Positions 52,746-64,000 of a stretch of DNA of 64,000 bases are shown here, one piece after another (the first letter of the stretch is position 1; each line of letters starts with the position of its first letter). Both the position numbers and the translations under genes were made by a program. The notes beneath the pieces were generated by a model. The model made no database searches and was not told the origin of the DNA. It saw only the letters and a program-made list of their open reading frames with translations. Origin of the DNA: Callorhinchus milii (taxonomy: Eukaryota); NCBI RefSeq assembly GCF_018977255.1, contig NW_024704742.1, positions 86,430,001-86,494,000 of the forward strand, given 5' to 3'.

Positions 52746-55700
52746 AAGTAGTCTTTCGAATATACTTTGAATAAGAATATTCACAATGCCAATCTATGCA
52801 GTTTTAGCTGGTTAAACTCCACCAGTATTCCAACAGTCCCCCGAGCCTCAGCTCCACTGTTATTAGCTGTTAAGTGAGGTACTGTGATGATTATTTTAAT
52901 GCATTCTCTTTTGCAGCTTCATGCTGTGAAATGCTGGACTTAGAAGATAGAATGTCTCATCATAACTTTCTTTGAAACAGTAAATCCAAGAAGGGAACAT
53001 TCCCAACTCTTAACAATTTAAGGAATCCGGCAGTTTTAACAACATAAAAGTAATGCGACACGTACAACTTTCACGGTTTGCCAAGTACAGAGAAACGTGG
53101 TTTAAGATTTATGAATGCGATCATAGCAGAGGAATCAATCAACGGTGCAGACATTTTCATATCCATCACCTTCTGGCACACAATTTGACTCATGCAATTG
53201 TGAGTGAGATTGCAATGAGAGATCTGTATCAATGTTCAGCTTAAGAGCACATTGGAGAAGACCACAAAAAAAAATTAATAAGTATGCCAATAATTCAAAA
53301 AATAGCACCAACTGAGCTAGGTTGAAAGGGCTGTTAAAAGCAGAATTAATTGGAAAATACAGCAACCCAGGCTAAACAGAATCCATTCGGGATCTCTGTT
53401 GGCAGAGGCCTGTCATGTGCCAATCACTACAATAGTAATCTTTTGATTGTATCTTTAGAAAACCAGAGTTAAAATCAGTGTAAACAGGTAACACACATGT
53501 AAATATTGCTCCTAGAAAATTCCACTCTAAAGAACTAACGAAACTAATGCTAGTTTTAATGTTCAGCATATACACGCTTGTCTAAGGAAAAGATTAGAAA
53601 TGTACCAAACAGAATTCTAACTGACAATGACACTGAACAAGATATTAATAAATAGTCCTTCAGTTTGATACAATAACAACAAATTGCCCTACATGTCAGA
53701 AGGATGTCTTAAAACACTTCATAGGATTCACTGTAAAGTGTATTGATTCTATATTTGTAGGTGAACGCGGCAATTAATTTGTGGACAAGTGAATGACCAA
53801 TTTTATTCAAGGGATCGATGTCTAGGATTCTGGGAGAAACTTCTTTCTCTTTTCAAGTAGTGGAAAGGGATCCTTATTGTCCATTTGAACAGGCAGTCAG
53901 CTATTTGATATAACCTCTCATCTGAAGGATGACAACTCTACAAATGCAACATTCCTCCTGCACTGGAGTGTCAGTCTATACTGTGAGGTCAAAGTCACAA
54001 AGTGGGGCTTGAAGTCACAACCTTGCAACAAAGAGGTGAGAGTGCTAGCAGCTGATCCAGGCTGACAATTAGCTTTGTATATGATATCATGGGGCTTGGC
54101 ACTTTCCTGCCCACTGGATTCTGCAGATACAATTTTCTCTTTAAGTATAGGAATTCTCAAATTTGTGGATGCTGAAAATAATTGTTAACCATTCCAACAC
54201 AAAAGGGTCCGTATTTACTTTGACTGCTCTCCGAGCCTGAAGGTGGATTACTATTTAACCTGTAAATGGAACATCTAATCATGGGTTGCCGTAATCCGTG
54301 GTATCAATATCTAACTGTAACAAAGCCACAGGCATCCCATGAAAGGAACAAACACAGATCACAAATTGAAAGTAACCAACTGTTCCCCTTTGTGCTATGA
54401 ATCATGTAAGTTGTTTAAACCAGAATAAGGAGTACCTATTTGTTTTTCTCTCCACCATTTCTGAGTACTGCAACAGAAAACAATTTTTATCTCCCTAAGT
54501 ATTTTTCGGTGATATTTCCTTCATTGTAGTTGTTTCAAAGGCCCAATGCGTAAAGGCACTAGCTCATTCAGCACTTAACCTCTACAGAATATACAGTCAA
54601 TTCATTTTACAGTATATTCTGTGAAGCCCTTTGAGATGTCTCGAAGACATGACAAGACGCTATGTCAAATGCAAGGATTATTATTAGAGACTGCAGCATT
54701 TCCCACTTGATTTCTCTCGCCCCGCACACAAGTGAAAACAGGTTCAGACTCAACTATGATATAGTGCATGGTTCCATAGCCTGGAGGTGTCCACCGATTT
54801 AATGAGCAAAAATAAAGTATGTTCCCCATAAAAAACTATAGAAATAACGGGATATAAATTGCAGGATTGTGTTGAAGAATGTATCATTAAATTTCTAAAA
54901 TAATATTGAATGCATTCTTCAGCAGGTTCAATGTTTTGGAAATTCGATAATTATACATTTCTTCTTAAGAATTCTGTTGAAAATACTGTAAATAATACCA
55001 CAAAAGGTCTGGAAGCATTCAAACAGAAACAACTCCTAATATGAAATTCATGTCCTTATCTGCAAATCTGAACTTTATGAAATTACACAGGCACTCTGGT
55101 TCCTTTCCTGACCAGCCTCAATACACCAGTTTCCATAATAATTAATGGAAACAAGTTGTCACTGACATCCAGCCATTACACAGTTCAATTTTTCAGGTTA
55201 GTTTCTGCTTAATCAATAAAGTGAGGTCAAATGTGAATACCCCAGAGGTTATAATCGTGAGGAATATTATAATTTGTTTAACTACAGTATCCTTTTACAT
55301 CTACAATGAACCCGGCATCTGCACACACCCATCTTTTAAAAAATCTAAACAGCAATGTAAATTGTAAATATATGAGTTCTGAGTTCCCAAGTCATGTTAG
55401 CATGAGGAAGGATCACCTTAGGGGTAGGCTTTTTGCCAGAATAAATTTGGAGGCAGCCACCTGTGGATTACTCTTGTGTAGTTAAGTACACAGACAGCAC
55501 AGTATTGTGTGCATGGTAAAAAGCAGGAATGGACTCGGAAACAATTGAGATTCTCTATGGATAGCAACTAACATACAAGGTCACTGCATTGAATATGGCT
55601 TTTACCATCTAGATTGCAAACCTGTCTTTACACTGCTGTTAGGAAAGCATGCATAAAATTCCAACTTTGGCTACATATTTCTTAATGTTACTTGCGAGCC

Positions 55701-57332
55701 TGTGATGTAATGTGCCATTTCATAACCTCAGAAAACAGCCTATGGAAAAAAATTCCAAGTGATTCAATGGAAAACCCAAGAGCTTTTCATGGACCACAGG
55801 AGAACCATCCCAGTATGAGTCACTTCATTGTGATTATACTGCTCAGACATGAATTCCACTATTCCAACAGGATGTGTGAGGAACAGGGTTCCAAGTCTCA
55901 CGCTTGCTCACCCCAAAATGAGCACATTAAAAAAATTGTCCCTGCTTTTGTTACTTCCTAGAACTCTCATTAATTGAATTTCAATATGGTTATTGGCCCA
56001 TCAGGCCCCTCTTAGTCTAATCCAGTGGTGGTCGATCCATAGCATGAGGGCCAGAAGCGGCCTGTCAAACATGCACACTAGTCTAGGTGAATTCTGTTTT
56101 AAATCAATGTTTTGTTTCCATTTTTTTCTTGATTGAATGTTTCTTGATATATAGCATAAATTTCTTGATTTATAGCATAAACCAAAATGGTTGGCCACCA
56201 CTGATCTAATCATTTAACTTCACCTAAAGCCATTTTTAGAATAGACAATAAATAATATTCCTTACATTTTATGGAGCTCCACCTTGTATGAAATAAGGTG
56301 TCACCAAATTTTCCTAAGCTTACCTCACATAGATGCCTGTATGTGGATGTTAAAGACCCCATGGCACTATTTGAAAGTAAAGGGAGTTTCTCCCATTGTC
56401 AACGCCAACGATCCCAAAGATAAAAAATGGTCATTTTGCTCATTTACTGACTGTTTATGGGACATGGCTGTCACATTCTCCGACAAAATATATAGTACAA
56501 CACTTTGCTTTGAAATGTTATTGTGATGTCAAATCAAATGCAGCCAAGTTTCATCCTTGATGAAAGGTCACTATCAACTTCTCTTCCTTTTTCAGACGTT
56601 CATTAACCTACTGAAGATTTCCTGCAACGTTATGCTTTTATTTCAATCTAACTACAAGTAAATTACAGTTTTTTGGGGTGAAAGGAACTTTTTAAACCTG
56701 TTCTATTCAAAATCGCACTCATTCTGAATGGACAGCACCAGCAAGACAAAATAACATTTACTGCCCTATAATCAGAAACATACACACAGTAGTTCCTCTT
56801 TGGCTTTCGTACATAAGCAAGTACTTTTGGTAGCACTGCAATGGAAAAGATTACAGCTGAACACTTGTGCATGTAAGTCTGATGACAATAGTGACCAGTT
56901 GCTGGCAACTATTAAGCACAATAAGAAACTAAATGCCAAGCATGTAAACATATAGGGGAAAACAACCCCATATTTATCAACCCACTGTGCTAACATATGC
57001 TTAAAAAAATGTTTCAGATGTCTTCTAACTAATTATTGATTCTGCTCCTGGGGGGAGGGAAGGTAAAGGGGGTCTCTCTGGGGCTGAGTTAGCTTGAAGG
57101 TGACATGCATGGCAATGAAATACTGGAATCAAATTGATCCTCGGTACTGGACTTGATAGTTAGGTCCGTAGTATTCCAAGGCATTGTTGATGACGGACCA
57201 GGCGGCTTTTGCTCATTATCAGAACTTGGAGCAAACTAATCACTAGGAGTCGGGATTCTTTCCATTAAGCTCATGCTAATTCTGTAAACCAAACCCTTAA
57301 TGGGTAGATTTTGCTGTGGCAACTGTGGCAAA

Positions 57333-57858
57333 TTTAAGAAAGGATGTACCCGCCTTGGAGGGGGTACAACGTAGATTCACTAGGTTGGTACCAGGGATGC
57401 GGGGGATGAGTTATGAGGATAGGTTGAGCAATTTAGGCCTGTATTCTCTAGAATATAGAAGAATAAGAGGTGATCTTATAGAAACCTACAAGATTATTAA
57501 GGGGCATGACAGAATAGATAGTGGGAGACTTTTTCCCCTGGTTGGAGAAACTATAACCAGCGGTCACAGTCTTAAAATTAGGGGTAAGCCCTTTCGCACT
57601 GAGTTGAGGCAAAACTTCTTCACTCAGGGAGTAGTGAATTTATGGAATTCTCTACCCCAAAAGGCTGTAGATGCTCAGTCCTTGAACATATTCAAGTCTG
57701 AGATTGATAGATTTCTTGTAGATAAAGGGATTAAGGGATATGGGGATAAGGCGGGTAGGTGGAGTTAGATAGATCAGCCATGATCTTATTGAATGGCGGG
57801 GCAGGCTAGAGGGGCCGAATGGCCTACTTCTGCTCCTAATTCTTATGTTCTTATGTTC
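57333..57858 (+). mobile_element. CR1 LINE 3' end, relatively young
   Basis: Open frame RKDVPALEGVQRRFTRLVPGM..RGDLIETYKI..FFTQGVVNLWNSLP..FKSEIDRFL, 3' UTR ggggccgaatggcctac and (TTCTTATG)n tail. Confidence 0.92.
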
Positions 57859-58088
57859 AACTCCAGCAGTACCTCAACACACACTCTGGGGATCTTCAAG
57901 CCCTGGCTCTTGGCCAGTTGCATCTAAACTCTTTGGACCTGGCTAATCAAGGGTGCACTTCTCTTGGGAGAGAATGTGCACCCCATTACCAGATAAACAA
58001 AAATATCCATACATATGTGAAAGTTTCAGTAGTTTGGTTTGGATATTCTTAAGCATAAGGTTTGCACATGTCGGACATCCAGCTAACC
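57858..58088 (+). repeat. Diverged copy of the ~250-bp MITE-like repeat
   Basis: acacacactctgggg, ggctcttg and gtttggatattcttaagcat shared with the 12511 copy. Ends ccagctaacc. Confidence 0.65.
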
Positions 58089-58154
58089 AATTTTTGGAGC
58101 ATTAAGTCAAAAATATTTCAAATAAAGCTAGAAGTTTCAAGATACCACACTTAC

Positions 58155-58215
58155 AGGAGCTGGAGTATAGGTGTAAGGAGAATAAAACTCATCATTGTAC
58201 GTTGTACTTGAATAG
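58155..58215 (-). CDS. CFAP95: CFAP95 penultimate exon (61 nt; YSSTTYNDEFYSPYTYTPAP)
   Basis: Acceptor ttttctctttcAG, donor GTAAGT, phase 2-0. Resembles recalled human TTYSEDYVPPYDYQP. Confidence 0.85.
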
Positions 58216-58363
58216 CTGAAAGAGAAAAAATAGAAGCACGTGTGAAACATTGGCTGTGTAAAGCACTTTGAGACATCCTCCTGATGTGAAAAGCACTATA
58301 TAAATGTAAATTAAAGTTTTAAAGTTTAATTAAAAGTTTAATTTTTAAAGTTAAAGTAAAGTA

Positions 58364-58444
58364 AAGTTTTGAAAATAATGTAGAGTCCAAATATCTTACA
58401 GGCAAACTGTAAGATATTTGGACTCTACATTATTTTCAAAACTT
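58364..58444. repeat. Perfect 38-bp inverted repeat with 5-nt loop
   Basis: Arms 58364-58401 and 58407-58444 checked base by base. Confidence 0.95.
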
Positions 58445-59788
58445 CATAATCAGATGTTTATTTACAGAAATACTGTATATAAATTTTCATACTGAATTTC
58501 AAAAGATTTGTAGGATTTATCAGAGCTGTAACTGAGGAGAAAATGTTGCTGTGACTTTCTCTGAAAGAGAAATAAAAATGGATTATCTTTGTTTGCTTAC
58601 CAAATACACAGTCACTGCATGTGAAAGCAATTATTGTGAAGTGCTTTCATATTAAAAGTCCTGAAAAATTCAAATTCATTTGTAGTGGAGGAATATATAA
58701 GTCACTTTTGTGCAATAAACATCTTGGTGAGGTGAGTTTTGCGCAACTGCTCATAAAATAGCCTCAACCAAGAAGGCGAGGAGGTGCTGAACTTGAACAT
58801 AACAAGATTTATTATGCCAAAATACAGTGCTGAGGTCTGTCTCTGGACCTCTGTGCTGAGATCCTGGCCTCTCCTTCACCCTGAATCAGAGGAGTAGAGG
58901 TACCCCAAACCCCATAGAGATTTGCTGAATCACTTGGACTGCCATAACAACAACAACTTGGATTTATATAGTGCCCTCCACACCAGAGGGCGTCTCAGAG
59001 CGCTTCAAGACGCCGTCCGGCGCTCAGCACGCTATCATGTGCCTCCTTGCAGCAGCAGATTGGAAGCAGGCCACCTGCACATGCTCCTATAGATACACAT
59101 TCCTTCTTGCCGACTTTGACTTTTGTGTTCCCAATTCTGGTCCATCGTACCACTGGTCATATTGTAATGACTGAGAAGAACTAACTATCTTGCCAGTGGA
59201 TTTTAGCCATTGTTGGTGGGAGGCCAGCGAGTAGATTTGTTTGCAGGCTTTAAGTACCAAGTATTCTACAATGTAGCATATGATAACAATGCTTCACATC
59301 TGTTAGTGAAAGTTGCTTCTAATTCACGCTCAATCCTCAATAATTGTTGGCTGGATGATTCTGGCATTAATCTTACACTTATAGAGATTGAATGGCAAAA
59401 TTCAAACTGTTTCAGTCAGGCCATAATCTTTAGCATGATCCAGAACTCACAGCTGCTTGTCATATAATTCACAATAATGGGCGAGATCAGTTTAACTACG
59501 CAGAGAATTTATTGCCAATAATTTAATTTAGCCCTTTCATTTTCTATTTTTGTCTCCTGAAGGCAGTGGCATTTGGGATATGGTCCGATGGGTCCCAATA
59601 GATATCAAGTGCCTCTTTTGTTTTGTTTGTTTTTGCTCGAGACTGAAAGAACCTCTGTTTCTATTAATCAGTGAAATTGGCATATAATTTTACCAGTCTG
59701 ATACTGATCCTTACTTACTTTGTTACCAGCCTCCTTGCCAACTGGATTTAACACCTTAATTACTCTATTTTGGAAACCAAATACTCAC

Positions 59789-59854
59789 AATTTATTGTGG
59801 TCTGGGCTATGCCTTGGTAGTACTGCACGATAGTTTTCAGGGTACCCAGTGTCT
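59789..59854 (-). CDS. CFAP95: CFAP95 internal exon (66 nt; DTGYPENYRAVLPRHSPDHNK(F))
   Basis: Acceptor tttatAG, donor GTGAGT, phase 2-2. Resembles recalled human [23 protein letters not shown]. Confidence 0.85.
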
Positions 59855-62519
59855 CTATAAATTGAGGNAAAAAACATATGCAGATTACCGGAGATTACAA
59901 AGTGTCACGAAACACAGGTTTAAAATTACATTAACTAGTCTAGTCTAATTCTCCTACTTGCTCCCCATACCCTCCAATATTTTTTTCGAACATCTATCTA
60001 TTCCACACAAATAAAAGCAAGGTATTATATATAGGAAGCAAAAATAGAAAACACATGTATTCCATAGATGAAATAGAATTTACCGTAGAAAAAGCTGAAA
60101 GACATCTAAGGATGTTGGTTGACTCAGTATGTCGAAACAGTGTGAGGCAACAATAAACAAGGCAAACAGAATACTGAGATATTGCCAAATCAGATGAGTG
60201 CAGGTACTTAGAGGTGCTACTCAAGCTATACAGTGCTTTCTAGTTGGGCTGACCCTGGACTACTACAACAATTTTGGCTATTCAGGTCTTACAGGCAGTG
60301 CAGATTACAATAATAATAATCCTTGCATTTGATATAGGGCTTTTCACATCTTCTAGACGTCTCAAAGAGCTTCACAAGGTTTAGAGTTGCAAGCGGCAAC
60401 TTCAGCACAGACACCTGGAAGTATTTCTTTTCATGGAGGCTAATCAATGTGTACAAAATGCATAGTGATTCCACTTTACAGTAATGTCTTAAGCACTTCA
60501 ACACAGAAATGTTTAGAAATTTATGGCACAGTAATTATCTGTGAAGAAATGTAATGTGCTGATGTGCTAAGTGTATGATGTGCTAAAATACCATAAAATT
60601 ACAAGTTCTTTCTTCTTCAGATGAATATTTTAGCATAGATGACCTCAAGATGATTATTCTTTTTTGCTCAGCTGGGTGCCTCACACGTGGAAACCCATCA
60701 AGCCTACTAATGATAATAATAATAATAATCCTTGCATTTGATATAGCGCCTTATTACGTCATCTAGAAATCTCAAAGTCCTTCACATGATATACTGTAAA
60801 GTGAATTGATTGACTGTATTTTGTGGCCAAAAACGATTAAAGATTAAGACTGTTTCTGTTTTAACCACGAACACATCTCTCATTTCACCAATAGTAGGTG
60901 TTACAAAACACAGTCATTATATTTTACAGTAAAGTCTACGAAGCGATTTGGAAAGTCCCTCCAACGTGAAAAGTGCTCTACTGTATATCAAGTGCAAGGA
61001 TTATTATTATTGGGACATTTAATCTAACCATATTAGCTGATATTCAAATTGGGTGCTTTGTCTGCTGTAATTTGGTTTATTTGTGAGCTATTATTAATTT
61101 TATTCATTTTTGCATCGATTTGTTTGTCACTGACCATCAGGTTTGGGATGTGGAATCATGAGTAAACTGAGAACAACTTAACTTAAGGGGTTTGGTATTT
61201 TTCCTGAGGAAAAGATCTGTGCACTTCACTGCATAAACAATTAGCTTTGTTTCTTTCAGAGCCAATATAGGTAAGCAAGATATATAGTCAATTTTGTCTC
61301 TTTTAAAAATGATGTAGTGCACTTACTAAATACATCATGTGGCAACTACCCCAGTAAAACATGTTCAGTTAATGTGTATGGTTAAGATTACTTCCACAAT
61401 ACTTATCAATTTATGAACTTGTATTGTACTGAGGCAGCAAATAAAAGTGAGCAGGAAACCTTTGAGACATTTAACAGTGTGCTTTTGGGTACCAAAGCAA
61501 CCTTTTCCAGTTATAGGGGTTTTATAACTGCTAATTTTAGCAATCAGTATAAAATACATTTTTCTGCAATTCTTTACTGTGCGTAAAACATCATAGCAAA
61601 TCCATTGTTTCCACATGTTCTCAAGTGTCTTTAATACTAATAATCCTTGTATCTGATATATGGCCCTATCATGTCATCGAGATGCCTCAAAACCCCTCAC
61701 AGGATATACTGTAAAGTGATGTGACGGGTGTATTTTTTGTGGGCAATCGCAACAGTCAATTTGTGCACAGCAATGACTGTACACAGAAAAATAGATAATA
61801 ATCTAAGGAAGCGGATTAAAATCAGAGGTAAGAGGGGAATGAGATACCAAGATGTGCTTTCACTGCAGGATCTTGGTTTCGCTCCAACTCAAGAATGATA
61901 GATGAAAGTCACTTCTGTCAGGCAGCTGAAAAAGTTTCCTCTCATTGCTGCCAATGTGTGTTAGAGAAATCTTAAATTAGTCCCCACTAGGCATCAACTG
62001 ATAGTATTGAACTGAGTCTATAAACAAGAATGGGCTGCTGTAAAAAAAATGGAAAATATAGCATTGGTGAAGCAAGGATACTTTGCTGAAATTGGAGTTA
62101 AGGCAGAGGAGTTGAAGTTATGGCCTGTTTATGGCCAAAGGCACAGGCACTTGACTCTGACTCGAACCTATGCTATTTTGGACCCGACACTTAATGCTGA
62201 CACTGGGTGCCCAAAATGTGAAACTCTTTCATCTCCCTAAATTAATAATCTTTATCTTGATAAGCATAAAATTCAAAAGGTAAGCAAAGAGGGAAAAAAC
62301 AATATAGCGTTTGCACAAATAGTTCAATTACTTTGAACACACAGAAACACTTAGCAAGTAAATAGTCTAAAGTTGGTTTTATTCAACAAATTCTGCTTAT
62401 GGGTGCAATCGCTAAAAATAGCAACCTTTTTGCTACATCTTTATCAATATCTGGAAGTTTGAATGTTAGAATTAAAAAAAAAGAAAACCTGATAACCCTT
62501 ACATTGTCGGAATTCTTAC

Positions 62520-62638
62520 CTTTTGAATTCCAAAGTTTTTACAGCTTCCTTGTTCATTAATAATTTGTGAATTTTTTTATTGTAGTCATCCTTTAAATTA
62601 ATTTGATTCATTTGCGAATTTGTTGTAGTACTCCAGTC
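62520..62638 (-). CDS. CFAP95: CFAP95 (C9orf135) internal exon (119 nt; DWSTTTNSQMNQINLKDDYNKKIHKLLMNKEAVKTLEFK(R))
   Basis: Acceptor ttgttacAG, donor AG|GTAAGA, phase 0-2. Aligns to recalled human [40 protein letters not shown]. Confidence 0.8.
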
Positions 62639-64000
62639 CTGTAACAATTAATGTGTTACTTTACTTTTTTTATATAGTAATTCTGTTGAATCCTGCAGTT
62701 TCCCTCCTCCACCCTCACCACCAAAACCAACATAAACCATAGCAAAACCACCAGCCAACTAGCAGTCCATCCATATTCACTGTCAAGGTTCTGCTATCAA
62801 TGTGGAATATGAAAAGGTTTCAGCCTGGCTCAGTTCGTAGGACTCTTATCTCTGAGTCAAAAGACAGAAGCGTGTGGGCTCAGGACTTTGAGTTTATGGT
62901 TTAGACTGACACTGTACTGTTAAAATTGCTGTTGTTTGGATGAGATGTTCAACTAACGTCTTCTTTGTGCCTGTTCCTGCCTGTTTAGGTGGATGTTAAA
63001 GATCCCACAGGGAAGGTTGTATGAAATAAAATGCAAGGATTAGTATTATATTTAAAAGGATTTATATTACATTCCACCCCTTCCCACCCTGCTCATTAAT
63101 CCCCATTGTCTTCATAAAGCATTTTGAGACATGATCCTATGCTATGAAGGCGCTACATAAACGCATTAAGAAATGCTTGTAAATAAACTAAGTGCAATCA
63201 AAATAAACTCAGAAAAAAATGCACAAAGAATTACAGTAAAACAAATACACCACTTGACCATTCAAGTCTGCTGCAATTTGTTGTATATTTAAATTGTTTC
63301 ATTGTTGAAGTATTGCAAGAATTAGTAATCTAAGAGAGATGGGGAAAAAAGAGAAGGAAAACATTCATAGCACATAACATTTATAATGTGCTTGGCACCG
63401 TTTTAAATTTCAGAACCAGTGCTATTTTATGTCTTGGATATAATGTGGGCCTCACCAAAAATTACCTCTCATACTGCCACCTAGTGTTGCTGTACATCAC
63501 ATACTAATTCCTAAGGAAAATAGTAGCTGCTGGTCAGAGAAAAAATTATTTTGAGAAAATCTGACAAGTCAATACTTGTATCTGATACGTGGTCCATCAA
63601 CAGTCTATTTTTACTCCAGTATTACAAGTTTTGCGGTGAAAATGAGATGTAGGTTGAAACAAAAAGATGGTATTTTATGCACAATACACTGTTATTTAAA
63701 CTGTTGCATAGGAATTGGAACATTGTTCACAAGACCAACTGTCTACAACTATAATTTCAATTGCATCAAATAGTTGGTAGAAGTACTTAACTGTGAAAAG
63801 TATCAGTTATTTGTTATCTGTACAGATAACCTTAAAAAACAAACATTTCTAAGTTCACCAATATTGAGGTATAGAAGTATTATGTGGGGATATCAGAACG
63901 CCTATGTGTATGGATCACTTTAGTTGTAATATTGGATAGTATTGCACCCATTATGTATGATAAGTATGAAAGTAGAATAGAACCGATAGTTCTGTTCCTT

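Noticed and set aside
59210..59467. Plus-strand ORF containing WLDDSGI, similar to the CFAP95 WxDESG motif
   Set aside because: Wrong strand and position. The true motif is in the exon at 48099-48281, so this is a chance match.
59868..59868. Single ambiguous base n
   Set aside because: Assembly ambiguity in the acceptor tract of a CFAP95 exon, with no biological meaning.

Overview
Vertebrate genomic DNA, very likely a cartilaginous fish and possibly a holocephalan (inferred from the repeat families). Two spliced genes lie on the minus strand, and the ORF track almost entirely misses them. The first is the 5' part of MAMDC2: coding exons 1-3 at 27460-27490, 27087-27200 and 6902-7158, with the gene continuing off the left edge. 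The second is the last four coding exons of CFAP95/C9orf135 at 62520-62638, 59789-59854, 58155-58215 and 48099-48281, with its 5' exons beyond the right edge. This is the same tandem order as in human. The rest is intron or intergenic DNA dense with retroposons: a near-intact, apparently full-length single-ORF L2 LINE (~1527-5260), many L2 and CR1 3' fragments, a decayed Jockey/I-group LINE, and three generations of SINEs that share an L2-type 3' stem-loop. Other notable elements are a Penelope-type insert carrying a CpG-decayed hammerhead ribozyme, a ~250-bp MITE-like repeat family, and long near-perfect hairpins in CFAP95 introns. No CRISPR array, rRNA or functional tRNA gene was seen, and I cannot support a wholly new biological system. 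All comparisons to known families are from memory, not database searches.
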